A DNA stretch of 63,529 nucleotides, the filler included, from Octopus bimaculoides (lineage: Eukaryota), in assembly GCF_001194135.2 (NCBI RefSeq). It is 6 parts of 5 records of this genome, joined end to end, with 100 filler letters (N's around TTAATTAATTAA, not from the genome) between each part and the next. Parts side by side here need not be neighbours in the genome. Positions count along the whole stretch, not along the records: positions 51,395 to 54,156 come from NC_068981.1; positions 54,257 to 59,406 come from NC_068986.1; positions 59,507 to 63,529 come from NC_068998.1; 3 more parts are not named here. One strand, 5' to 3'. The position numbers were made by a program, and so were the translations under genes. Below are positions 52,430 to 63,529 of this stretch, in pieces (position 1 is the first letter of the stretch; each line of letters starts with the position of its first letter). The notes below the pieces were generated by a model, which ran no database searches, was not told the origin of the DNA, and saw only the letters and a list, made by a program, of their open reading frames with translations.

Positions 52430-53000
52430 GTTCTTTTTCATTATTTACATTCGACGGATATTTGTCCTCATCTTGTTGTTAACACAACGTTTCGGCTGAT
52501 ATACCATCCAGCCTTCTTCGGGTGTCTTGGCGAAATTTCGAACCTGGGTTCTCATTCCTAAGGTATTTTTTAATTATTATTATTATTATTATTATTAGTG
52601 CTTGGAATCGAACTCGGAATCAGTAGTCCGCGCTCTTAACCACTACGCCATAAGCCCGTGGGCAATTATTGAGTGAATTTTAGGGCTTATAAATCTAATA
52701 TTTTCTTATCCTTCCTCAATACCGGTTCCCATATGCTGCTCATATCTGCACTCGGTCTGCTTAGGAGGTTGTTGTGTCCTAGCATATATGCTGCTTCTTT
52801 TAGTTTTCATATTTTCCTGTGCTGTTCTCTGTCTATTATTTTAACTTCATCCCACAGGGGGAGGTGGTCTCCATTTTTCCATACATGATCAGCTAAACCC
52901 GATTTATCAATATAGAACTGTAGTTCTTTTCAGTTTAATGCTTCCTAACTTTTCCTCATTGTGATATATTTTGGTAAATCAATAATCCTTCGTCCCACCT
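52430..53000 (-). mobile_element. Penelope-like element 3' end: GIY-YIG C-terminus, tRNA-like segment and terminal repeat with hammerhead motif
   Basis: Minus translation DKSGLADHVWKNGDHLPLWDEVKIIDREQH.KI.KLKEAAYML...LLSRPS. A/B boxes lie at 52604-52650 and the hammerhead-like motif at 52481-52526. Confidence 0.8.
52481..52526 (-). ncRNA. Minimal PLE-type hammerhead motif with core U4C substitution (probably inactive copy)
   Basis: GACAC-CCGAAGA-A-GGCUG-(loop)-CAGCC-GAAAC-GUU-GUGUU. Stem I GACAC/GUGUU, stem II GGCUG/CAGCC, palindromic stem III AACGUU. Confidence 0.65.
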
Positions 53001-53723
53001 TAATTTTGTCTTCAAATGCTGGATGGTGGATCTCCGTCACTGAACGATGAAGAATCATGTCTTCAGTCGACTGAATTAGCGGTTCATTGAATTAATGTGG
53101 AAGTGGTTGAATATCTCATTTACATATGTGTTTGTGTGTACGTGTGAAAGTAGTGGCCTTGTGGCTAGGGTATTCGGCTCACGATCGTAAAGTTTTGTTC
53201 TAATATCACAGTATTGTATACAAATTATATAATATTATATTAAATATCAAATGATTCACAGTATATATAAATTAGTAAAATATAACATATTTATACATAA
53301 AAACAGGGCGCTGAGGATGGTCCAAAAAGTTTAAGAACCTCTGCCCTAAACTAACATTTGAACTATTCCTCAAGATAGTCAACCTTGTTGATTCTTGAAA
53401 TACTCGATTACCAAAAAGTTCTGAAATTTATTGCAGGGACTCCAGGTTTCTTTATGTCAATTGGTCTGGAATTCTATGGGATTCATATGAGAGGGATTAA
53501 TGGAATTTGGATTATCATATCTGTTCTTAAGGTGGCGAGCTGGAGAATTGTTATCGAGTCCGACAAAATGCTTGGGCTCTTAACTTTTTGAGTTCAAATG
53601 CCTCCGAGGGTAAATTGACTTTTATTCTACGGGGTCGATGAAATGAAGAATCAATTGGTCACTGAGGGTTGATGTAATCTCTTTTCATGCAACCCTTGGT
53701 TGCCTTGTTAATCCAAAATAAAG

Positions 53724-53755
<32 letters not shown>

Positions 53756-53929
53756 TTCATGGGTACAGGACGTCCCCAACTATAAACAACATGAAGTACG
53801 AAAACAAACGAGTAAAATACGCGAACGAGAGAAGAAAAATGGAAAACAAGACAAGTAACGCAAAGAACGACCCTTCATCAGTTGTCGGCTGTCTATCTTA
53901 TTCCACATTTTGAGATATATATAGGCTTT

Positions 53930-54136
53930 TCAGGCAGTGAATTTTTTTCAAAAGGTGTAGAAGAGTCAACTTGTATGTATTAAAAATGAAGGACGACACT
54001 TTCAACATCTCTTATCAAGTTTTTTTTTAAAGCCTTGTAGAGAGTCTAATAAATTCTTTTGTAGCCTTATACTATCTTATAAATATTTATTTTGCAATAA
54101 AATACTTACTGCGGAGAGACTTTTTGAAAACCCTGT
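53930..54136 (+). mobile_element. Tc1/mariner-superfamily transposon 3' end
   Basis: NEGRHFQHLL* resembles a transposase C-terminus, and GACTTTTTGAAAACCCTGT resembles a TIR end. Confidence 0.5.
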
Positions 54137-54310
54137 GTGTATATATATATATATATNNNNNNNNNNNNNNNNNNNNNNNNNNNNNNNNNNNNNNNNNNNN
54201 TTAATTAATTAANNNNNNNNNNNNNNNNNNNNNNNNNNNNNNNNNNNNNNNNNNNNTGTGTGTGTGTGTGTGTGTGTGTATCATGGATATATACATACAT
54301 ACATGCATAC

Positions 54311-54356
<46 letters not shown>

Positions 54357-55166
54357 TTGGGTGGGTGAGGGTTTGTGTGTATCCTAGAGTAAGCAGATAA
54401 ATGCAAAAAAGGTGGAAAAAATAGTACTGGAATACCAGAGGTATTAAAAAGCATCAAAAAAAGTATCACAAAAACTATTACTCAACGTTTCACGTTCGAC
54501 GGACAGTTTTGTTGATTATATATATTTATATATATATATATATATATATACACATACACACAAACATAAAACAATGCATGTTTAACACAATGTGTTTATT
54601 TGTTACATAATACAAATCACATTATCAAGACTTTATGAGAAACCACCAGAGACGGTAATCATATCTGTTACATTATAATGTTAGAATAGAAGTAGTTACA
54701 GGTATCTGACGATTTGAAATTAGATCTTGGTGACGTAAATCGTATTATGTAAACGATCACCTTTATGGTAATTAAACATAATTAAGATGGCGTAAATAAA
54801 TATCATATTAAGAATGTCTCATGTTTTGTTTTCATTTCTACATATACTCTTAAAAAGAAGGCATACAATTTATCATAGACAAACAGATATATACATGTAA
54901 TTCTTAATATTAGTTATCTGGCTCCTAACTGTTTTAGATGAACATCTTAGTAATACATACATGCATACATACATGCATACATACATACATACTTACATGC
55001 ATACATACATATGTACGTGCATACATACATGCATGCGTACATACATAAAAACTTTCCAATTTATCATTTAATTATATATGAGCATGTCTAGATTTTGCAA
55101 CCATATGCATGACAATACATGCATAAAACATACAAATCTGCACATATATACATACATACATACTTA

Positions 55167-55328
55167 GGCGCAGGAGTGGGTGTGTGGTAAGTAGCTTGCT
55201 TACCAACCACATGTTTCCGGGTTCAGTCCCACTGCGTGGCACCTTGGGCAAGTGTCTTCTATAGCCTCGGGGCGACCAAAGCCTTGTGAGTGGATTTGGT
55301 AGACGGAAACTGAAAGTAGCCCGTCGTA

Positions 55329-55330
<2 letters not shown>
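55167..55330 (+). mobile_element. SINE family A 5' part
   Basis: Reverse complement of the 43861 copy. Further partial copies lie near 26490, 28970, 35977, 41180, 46130 and 59527. Confidence 0.9.
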
Positions 55331-55373
<43 letters not shown>

Positions 55374-55999
55374 NNNNNNNNNNNNNNNNNNNNNNNNNNN
55401 NNNNNNNNNNNNNNNNNNNNNNNNNNNNNNNNNNNNNNNNNNNNNNNNNNNNNNNNNNNNNNNNNNNNNNNNNNNNNNNNNNNNNNNNNNNNNNNNNNNN
55501 NNNNNNNNNNNNNNNNNNNNNNNNNNNNNNNNNNNNNNNNNNNNNNNNNNNNNNNNNNNNNNNNNNNNNNNNNNNNNNNNNNNNNNNNNNNNNNNNNNNN
55601 NNNNNNNNNNNNNNNNNNNNNNNNNNNNNNNNNNNNNNNNNNNNNNNNNNNNNNNNNNNNNNNNNNNNNNNNNNNNNNNNNNNNNNNNNNNNNNNNNNNN
55701 NNNNNNNNNNNNNNNNNNNNNNNNNNNNNNNNNNNNNNNNNNNNNNNNNNNNNNNNNNNNNNNNNNNNNNNNNNNNNNNNNNNNNNNNNNNNNNNNNNNN
55801 TATATATATATATATATATATTTAGAATGGCTCAAGAACCGGACATAAACCCCCAGACCGTATTCCTCACCGCGAGGAGAGTGGATAATTGTGGCAATTC
55901 TAGAGTTATTATATACATATATATATATATGCATGTGTGCATGCATGTGTGCATGCATGTGTGCATGCATGTGTGCATGTATGTATGTATGCATGAAAA

Positions 56000-56348
56000 T
56001 TATGCAAACACCAGCACGGGGCACCACTGCATGGTGCCAAAGATCCCAGCATCGCCATTAAAACACAGGATCAGATTCTGAAACAGGTTGGGTTTCAAGG
56101 GACCACTGCTCTTCACTATCCTCCCAAAATATCTGAGAGACCTGCATGGTGTGGATGTAGGTGTCTTGAAAACAAAACTGGATCTCCTCCTGTTCAGAGT
56201 TCCAAATGAACCATACCACATGGCAGGAGACCCAGATGACAGCAGTAGTATTAAACTCCCTCATTCACCAAATGCCACATATCAGAGAATGTTTCAAATA
56301 ATGAAGGTGTAACATAGCCAACGGTGGTGCCCCAGCATGACCGCAGGT
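56000..56348 (+). mobile_element. CR1/L2-type LINE 3' end
   Basis: HCMVPKIP...LGFKGPLLFTILPKYLRDLHGVDVGVLKTKLDLLLFRVPNEP, then a 3' UTR ending GGTGGTGCCCCAGCATGACCGCAG. Confidence 0.75.
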
Positions 56349-56373
56349 TAAAGCTCTATATATATATATATAA

Positions 56374-57230
56374 CTAGCAGAGAAACGGTGTGTTGCTCGA
56401 GATTAAAAAGGTATAGTTTGTTTATATATCTATATATATCTATATTACAGTTATGGGCGGAAGTAAAGAATACGTACACCACCGGTTTTCGGTATAACAA
56501 AAACCCTAACCCCTAACTACCGGGTGTACATATTCTTCACCTTCGCTCGGTTATGTTGAAGCAGATGATACGGGAAAGCGCAGCATTGACGACAAAATAT
56601 TTGTGGAGTAAATGATGGTCTAATTCGACTAATCGACAGGTAATACATCCGTTTAGAGAATTCCATGGCGTAACCTATCATGGAAAACTGAGTGGTGGGT
56701 GTATGTAATTTTTGAACCCACCGAGAAATTGTCAGTGGATATAATCACCTTTGAGGCGGTCAGCGCTGCGTCTAACACAACCCATCGTATGGTTAATAGT
56801 AAAATGAATGGAAATATTGTACGTAAATGGATACATTCCGAAAATGGGCTGCAATGAGAGACGTTAACGGGGAAGTGAACTGCTGAAAGAGGTTGAGAAG
56901 GAGCTGGTAGTGCTGGTAACCATACCTTACTACCTGAGCAGCATATGCCATTAGTTTCAGTTGGAAATTTGAAAGCTTTGCAGAAACGACAATTTGAGTG
57001 TAGCACACCAATTTGTACAGAATTATTATTTTTATAAGATTGGGATGGATCATATCTGAAGCAGCTCCTGGTGAAGAACGAATTTACATGTGGTCTATTT
57101 CTGAGCGCCATTGTATTGGACATCTGTCTAATTCGGTGTGCTAAACGTTGTTCTCAGCATTAAGTTTTGCAGAATGTCTCTGCTCTTCTTGGGAAAGTCT
57201 CGTCTCTCTTCTAAGGTGGCATATTTTTTT
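56374..57230 (-). mobile_element. Internally deleted Helitron retaining the RepHel N-terminus
   Basis: CFRYDPSQSY...VQIG...CRFCKAFKFPTETNGICCSGSKVWLPALPAPSQPL matches the Helitron N-terminal motif. A 3' CTAG|T end with a decayed hairpin lies at 56374-56400. The 5' terminus was not located. Confidence 0.75.
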
Positions 57231-57769
57231 CAATATTGTAAACAAAAAATTATGAACATAGAAAAAAATATTCAGTAATCTCTATTTTTGTAAGCAGTTG
57301 TGCGTAGATAGTACATTCGTATTTTTGTATGCAGTGTAAATTAACGAAATATAAGCAAATTAACGAAATGCACATATATGGAACTACTAATTCAACGGTA
57401 ACTGCCACAATAATTATTCCAGAGAGACAAAGAATTTTAGGTCTTACCTTGAAATTGTAGCAGTGGTTATTAACTCGCGATGGAACAATAAATGTGTAGT
57501 GTTTTAATGAAAATAGAATTTCGTATTGACACAACGCATGTCAGTCGTCCACTGAGTATATAAAACAGGCAACACACAGCAAGGAGAAAGAGACAAAAAA
57601 TATCACGTGCTCAAATGTTTTTTAATAAAAACGTTCACTGACGTTAATCGGAGTGTGAGGTTCGAATAGACGTCATTCCACATTTTCATTTATCATGTCC
57701 ATTCTATTCATTTGATTTTATTTTTTCCTCACTTTTGCGTTTTGTCGCTCCTTGTGCTATCCCCTCTGT

Positions 57770-57818
57770 GCTTCGACCCTGTTTCGTTAATAAAAAAAAT
57801 CAAGTCATCAGGTACGTA
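57770..57818 (-). ncRNA. Degenerate hammerhead-like motif
   Basis: CUGAUGA-C-UUGAU-(U/A loop)-AUUAA-C-GAAAC-AGG-GUC. The core strings and spacing are correct, but stem I pairs poorly and position 10.1 is mismatched. Confidence 0.35.
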
Positions 57819-58014
57819 TGTTTGTGTGTTGTCCCTGGCCGGCCCGCACTTCCCGCATGTCAGTCGCCAGATATGTATGTGTATGTGTTTAATAACGTGC
57901 CGTATATAGTATGTCTGTATTTTTGTATGCAATGTAAATTAATCCCCCAAAATTGCATGTTGATACTCCTGGGGTCTCATAGTATTACCACTTACATGGT
58001 AATACTATGTCTCT

Positions 58015-58252
58015 TAAGGGCGGCGAGCTGGCAGAGTCGTTAGCACGCCGGGAAAAACGCTTGGCGTTATTTCGTCTGCCGTTACGTTCTGAGTTCAAAT
58101 TCTGCCGAGGTCGACTTAGCCTTTCATCCTTTCGGAATCGATTTAATAAGTAGCAGTTACTCACTGGGGTCGATGTAATCGACTTAATCCCTTTGCCTGT
58201 CCTTGTTTTTCCCCTCTATGTTTAGTCCCTTGTGGGCAATAAAGAAATAAGT
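58015..58252 (+). mobile_element. Intact tRNA-derived SINE family B
   Basis: Head GAGCTGGCAGAGTCGTTAG...GAGTTCAAATT, central GTCGACTTAGCCTTTCATCCTTTCGG segment, and AATAAAGAAATAAG tail. Confidence 0.88.
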
Positions 58253-58566
58253 ATTACCATGTAAAATTTGATTTGAGTTGCTTGAGCTGTTTGACAATGC
58301 ACTTGGAACAGACAGAGATACAAAGGTGGAGTGGATGGAACTGGGACAACTGACGAAGGGTTATACTCTTTATGTTGCATGTCTCGTTTCTCTGTTTGTT
58401 TTTATCGTTGTTCGAAAAAGTTCTTTTTCTGTTTTCGTCTTTATGTTTTCGTTTCTCATTGTGTTTAACGTTTCTTTTTTATGTCCTGTACCCATATATG
58501 CATGTATGTATACATATAGATGTAGGTATGTACATATATGTATGGATATATGCATATATCTATATA

Positions 58567-58607
<41 letters not shown>

Positions 58608-58910
58608 NNNNNNNNNNNNNNNNNNNNNNNNNNNNNNNNNNNNNNNNNNNNNNNNNNNNNNNNNNNNNNNNNNNNNNNNNNNNNNNNNNNNNNNNNNNNN
58701 NNNNNNNNNNNNNNNNNNNNNNNNNNNNNNNNNNNNNNNNNNNNNNNNNNNNNNNNNNNNNNNNATATATAAGATGAGGTACAAAATAATCACAAACGCT
58801 CACATACTTCCCTTGTACACGTACTCACATACACACATGTACTCCCACAGAGTTGAAACGCTGTTCGATTTTTTTTTCAGCATTGAATGTTCACCATCCC
58901 ACTTCCATTG

Positions 58911-58960
<50 letters not shown>

Positions 58961-60571
58961 TTCACATGTCTCCTGTTTACATACACACACATACACTCAC
59001 GCAGAATTGAAACGCTATCTGATTTTTTTTTCACCTTAGAATTTCCATCATCCCACTACCAAGTTTGCTATCACCCCTTCCTTTCTCATTCATATGTTGT
59101 GACGGAGAAATACACAAGAGTATTCGTATTACAGTAGATATTTATTTTAAAACCGAAAAGACTGTTCTAGTTTTGGTTGACGAAAAATAGAAATGAAAAG
59201 AAAAGATATCTAAATGTATTGTTTTATATTATATACAAGTAATTTTTATTTGCCTGTCGTGGTACTTAAATGAGAATGAGATGTAAGGCGACAATGTTTT
59301 TGAGATTCCGGTTCGAATGACATGAGTGTTTTTGTTTCACTTTTGACGCGTAATACTTAAATAGTGGAGGAGATATAATGTTGCTGTGGGCTTGAAGTAT
59401 GCAAGANNNNNNNNNNNNNNNNNNNNNNNNNNNNNNNNNNNNNNNNNNNNTTAATTAATTAANNNNNNNNNNNNNNNNNNNNNNNNNNNNNNNNNNNNNN
59501 NNNNNNTATATATATATATATATATCACGACGGACTCCTCTCATATTTTCGTCAACTAATTTCACGTTACAAGGCTTGGTCGCGCCGAGGCTATAGTAGA
59601 AGACATTTGCCCAAGATATCATGCAGTGGGACTGAACCCGGAAGCAATGTGACTGGGAAACAAATTCCTTACCACACACCCACACATAAAAAAAGAATCG
59701 ATGTAAATACAGAGTATCTCCAAATTTAATGGAATATTACGCATTTCAAAATCATTCACGCAAAAATCTAAACTTTATCAAAGTTTAATAAAAACAGTTG
59801 TTCCATGTGCCAGGAAGAATTCATTTTTGAACTGGAATAATTTCCCAGAAACAACCAAATATCCCTCTCAAAGTACGAGTGCGTATGCGTGTTCGTGCAT
59901 GCGTGTATTAGTGCTTACCACACACTATATGATAACAGGTGTTGGTTGGTTTGCGTCTCAGTAACGTAGTGGTTCAAGGAACGAAACTGATAGAACGTGT
60001 ACCAGAGTGTAAAAAACTGTATGTACCGGCATTGATTTCTTTGATGAAAATCCTTGAAAGGCGGTGCCCCAGTATGGCCGGAATTACTGAAACCAACAAA
60101 CAAATAAAAATATCGTCCCCTACACGATCGAAGTTACATCTCTACTTTCAATTTTCATTGATGAAGTTTAATCACAGACCTATTGGAATCTAGTAGACCT
60201 ATGACCAAATGAATTCCATCCGTGACGTTCCCGCCTGCAATTTTACGCAAGATATCAAAGTACATCCTCTTAAATGTTTTTATGCTTCTTTCTCTTTGTG
60301 TTTGGTTTTATCTTATGTTTAGGTGGTGTGTGTGGGTGAGGTCGAGATGTGACTGCTATTTCTAGCAGAATGAAAGGTCCGTGGTAGACGTTGCCTCGCT
60401 GTCTCGTACAAAAAAAGAGAAAAATTAAGAAGTAAATTATGGAGACAAATGACACTTATCAGTTATAACTCCTTTATATTGTATCATAGCTGCAAGAGCT
60501 AACGACAGATAAAGAGCTACGTGTGGAAACAAACGAATTCAAAAGTCTCTATATTCACTGACGCGTCATGA

Positions 60572-60585
60572 ATAACAACAACAAC

Positions 60586-60630
<45 letters not shown>

Positions 60631-60780
60631 GATGATGGTGACGATGACGATGACAATGACGGTGGTGGTGGTGTTGGTGGTTCAGACTAACAAGAAGAAG
60701 AAGAAAAGAAGAAGAAGAAGAAGAAGGATGGTGGTGATGATGATGATGGTAGTGGTGGTGGTGGTGGTTCACACTAACAA

Positions 60781-60811
<31 letters not shown>

Positions 60812-61002
60812 AAGAAGAAGAAGAAGAAGAAGAAGAAGAAGAAGAAGAAGAATTAGTAGAAGACAATTGATGGTGATTATGATGATGATGATGATTGGCA
60901 CTAATAATAATGAGGAGGAAGAGGAGAAGGAGAAGGATGTGGAAGTGAATGAGGATGGTAATAATAATAATGATAATAATAACAACAACAGCAATAACAA
61001 TA
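60572..61002. repeat. Compound trinucleotide array (AAC/AAT/GAT/GGT/AAG) with an internal duplicated unit
   Basis: Direct reading. The unit (GGT)n-TCA(G/C)ACTAACAA-(GAA)n occurs twice. Confidence 0.9.
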
Positions 61003-63498
61003 GAACGAATGTAAATTTTCTTTTCCTTTTCATTTTTTTTTCTTCGTTTAAAATATTATTTCACGTTTCGAAATATAATTAATTTTTCATTGCTTCTACA
61101 CATCTATTCGTTCGATTTCATTCGAAAGAACAAAAAAACACAAACAATATGGGTTTCTAATATTTCATAGAAAAATTAATTAAATTCTTTCTTTTGCTTT
61201 TGGTTGTTGTTGTTGTTGTTGTTTTCTTGTTTTTTTTTTCAGAGGTTGTCATCTTATTTCATGTAACTAGGTATCTTGAGATACAAAAGTACAATATTCT
61301 GGTTTTATTGTGAGATTCTCTTTACGAAATAGATTATAGTTTATCTTGCTTACCTCATAGTATCTCATGCGACGCAAAAGATCACATTTATAAGAGTCGA
61401 ATGAGGTGATAGAAAAACTGGGTCTTATAATCTTTTTTATCTATTTACGTATATTATCTATTTAGTGTGTGATGGAAATGTATTATATCGCACGGCTAAC
61501 ACTGAAGGTATACATAATTTACTTATAAGCCTTCAATATACTTAATAGTATATTATGGCCGTTACGATGTCCCTACCAGTAATTCATATGTACATACCTG
61601 TTGCCAGCAATGTGTTTAATATGTAAAATTAGTATATGCAACTGTGTTACAATGTTAAATTTGGTGGCTATTTAAGCAATGTGTTCGTGGATGGTTAATG
61701 GGTTGGATGTGGTGCTAAAGAAAGAGGAACAATTCCTGAAGTCATCAAACTAACACGATCTCAGATTCAAATTCACAGGCTTCACATCAGACCGTGATTG
61801 GTGGAGAGAACATACTGAGGCCTTCCTCCTGCAGTGGACTGAACATAGGCAAACCAGTCCAGTCCAGTCCATGTTTCAATATGGTGAGTATGTAGATATT
61901 GACAAGTCCCTTAACCCCTTGGGGGGATCGTTAGAGCGCTGCAGCTATGTAGTGTAACTAGGGCATGAAAGCATGGCGGATCTCATCGCTCTCCAGGCTA
62001 AACTCATTTCTACAGCTGAATGGACTGGAGCAACGTGAAATGAAGTGTTTTGCTCAAGAACACGACGGATCCCTCGGTCCAGGGATCTAAGCCACAATCT
62101 TACTATCATGACTCCAGATATATGAACACCACCTACAAACTTGCTGAATTCCCTTTCACTATCGCCACCTGGAGTAAACCACATCACTACCCTAACAAAT
62201 ATGAAAACCAAACATTACAGAAATCAAATCAGCCATTTTAACCTGAGAACAGTTCGAAATGTTGATCTCTGTTTCATTCTGCTGCAGGATTCTACGAATA
62301 ATAGAATCTCTCCCTCTCACTGTTGCTGAATCATTGCTAATGACTATGATCACTGTTTTTGGCCCTTTCAGTAAATCATAAACATTAAAATGAAAATTCG
62401 GTCGAGTACTACAATCCCTTGCCCAAAAAACATATAGTCTAAAGTCTCTGGTAGGACACGAACTGCTAATTCTTCGACTGGCAGTCACGTAGCAGACCAA
62501 CAGATTCAATCAACCGTAACTCACTGGTTCTCTTAATGATGAAAAAGGACTGTTTATAGTCCAATTTAGGAATTTCAGCTTTCACGATTGATTAAAGGTG
62601 GCGGTAATGATGATGATGCTGCTGCTACTGATGATAATGGTGATGATGCTGTTGCTAATGCTGTTGTTAGTCGTGGCACTGGACGTGTTGCTGGTCCGGT
62701 AGAGATGTTGGTTGAGGAGATAAGGGCGTGGGAGGGGGGGAATGTGCTGGTACCGGTGAGGAATTTTCAAATAACTGGAAAGTTGATTGGATATTACTGA
62801 ACATAAGAAGGAAAAGATTGGCTGACAAATAATAATACTACGACCATTGTTACTGGAACTTTCTACGAAATGTTTGATTGCAATACAAACATAAATAAGC
62901 CAAGGCTATGGATGATGACAATGCTGACGATGATAGTGACAATGATGACATACGTGACGACGACGACGATGATGATGATGGAAAGATATTAATGTAATAA
63001 AAATAAATCGGAGACCTGATTAATAACTAACAAGATCAGAGGGAAATCCTATTATATTCAGCCTCGCATGTCAACTTATGACTCAAACGAAACATGCAAT
63101 GAGTGATTCAATATTAATGTATGCTTCATCGATATTTTCTTTTGACCGGTGATAGGAAAACATTCACCGCATTACTAATTCATAAAATCTTACCCATAAA
63201 ACTAGATCACATGTGATTTTAGTGCGGATTAGATTTGTAAATAACAGCGTTTGCTGAGTAAGTAGGCTTTGAAGATTAAACTTGTAGTAATTAATCAATG
63301 TGTCACCTCGTAGTGTATTATTAAAACTTACAGATCTGTGTGTTCTGTGTTGGTGTGTTTATTAAACCACGATGCATGAAAATGTTTCCCCTCTTCAGTA
63401 TGGACATGTAGCTAGTTCAAATGAAATCAGCAAAACCAACAAATCGGGAAATATATACAAATACATGTGTATGTATTCCTCCATACGCATTTGTATGA

Positions 63499-63529
<31 letters not shown>

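Noticed and set aside
58845-59060. Imperfect ~60-bp direct repeat separated by (CA)n (similar short duplications at 4410-4510, 8461-8525 and 19295-19375)
   Set aside because: Ordinary local duplications with two or three units; not CRISPR-like or otherwise patterned.
61352-61418. Candidate minus exon FSITSFDSYKCDLLRRMRYYE with GTAAGC donor
   Set aside because: The acceptor lacks a pyrimidine tract and no homology was recognised.

Overview
AT-rich animal genomic DNA dominated by repeats and gaps. The SINE/LINE and microsatellite repertoire looks like a cephalopod (Octopus-like) genome; this is inferred from repeat families, not proven. The window is a chain of scaffold pieces joined at five 100-bp artificial linkers (44 N + TTAATTAATTAA + 44 N), so long-range adjacency is uncertain. 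Host-gene content is small: one unambiguous minus-strand coding exon of a PICALM/AP180 (ANTH-domain) gene at 40535-40677, and a probable two-exon 3' end of an unidentified gene at 1572-2018. The rest is mobile DNA: Penelope-like (PLE) RT and GIY-YIG fragments, a Chapaev-type DNA transposon carrying a solo LTR, RTE and CR1-type LINE ends, mariner/Tc1 ends, piggyBac-like MITEs, Helitrons, a 1.1-kb foldback element and several tRNA-derived SINE families. The two most unusual signals are (1) a deleted, apparently intron-containing Helitron at about 17340-19231 whose RepHel remnant is bracketed by two different deubiquitinase domains (OTU upstream, USP/C19 fused downstream of the PIF1-like helicase), and (2) four hammerhead-ribozyme-like motifs, three with palindromic stem III, one of them downstream of a tRNA-like Pol III promoter at a PLE 3' end. 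All family assignments come from manual motif recognition; no database search was run.
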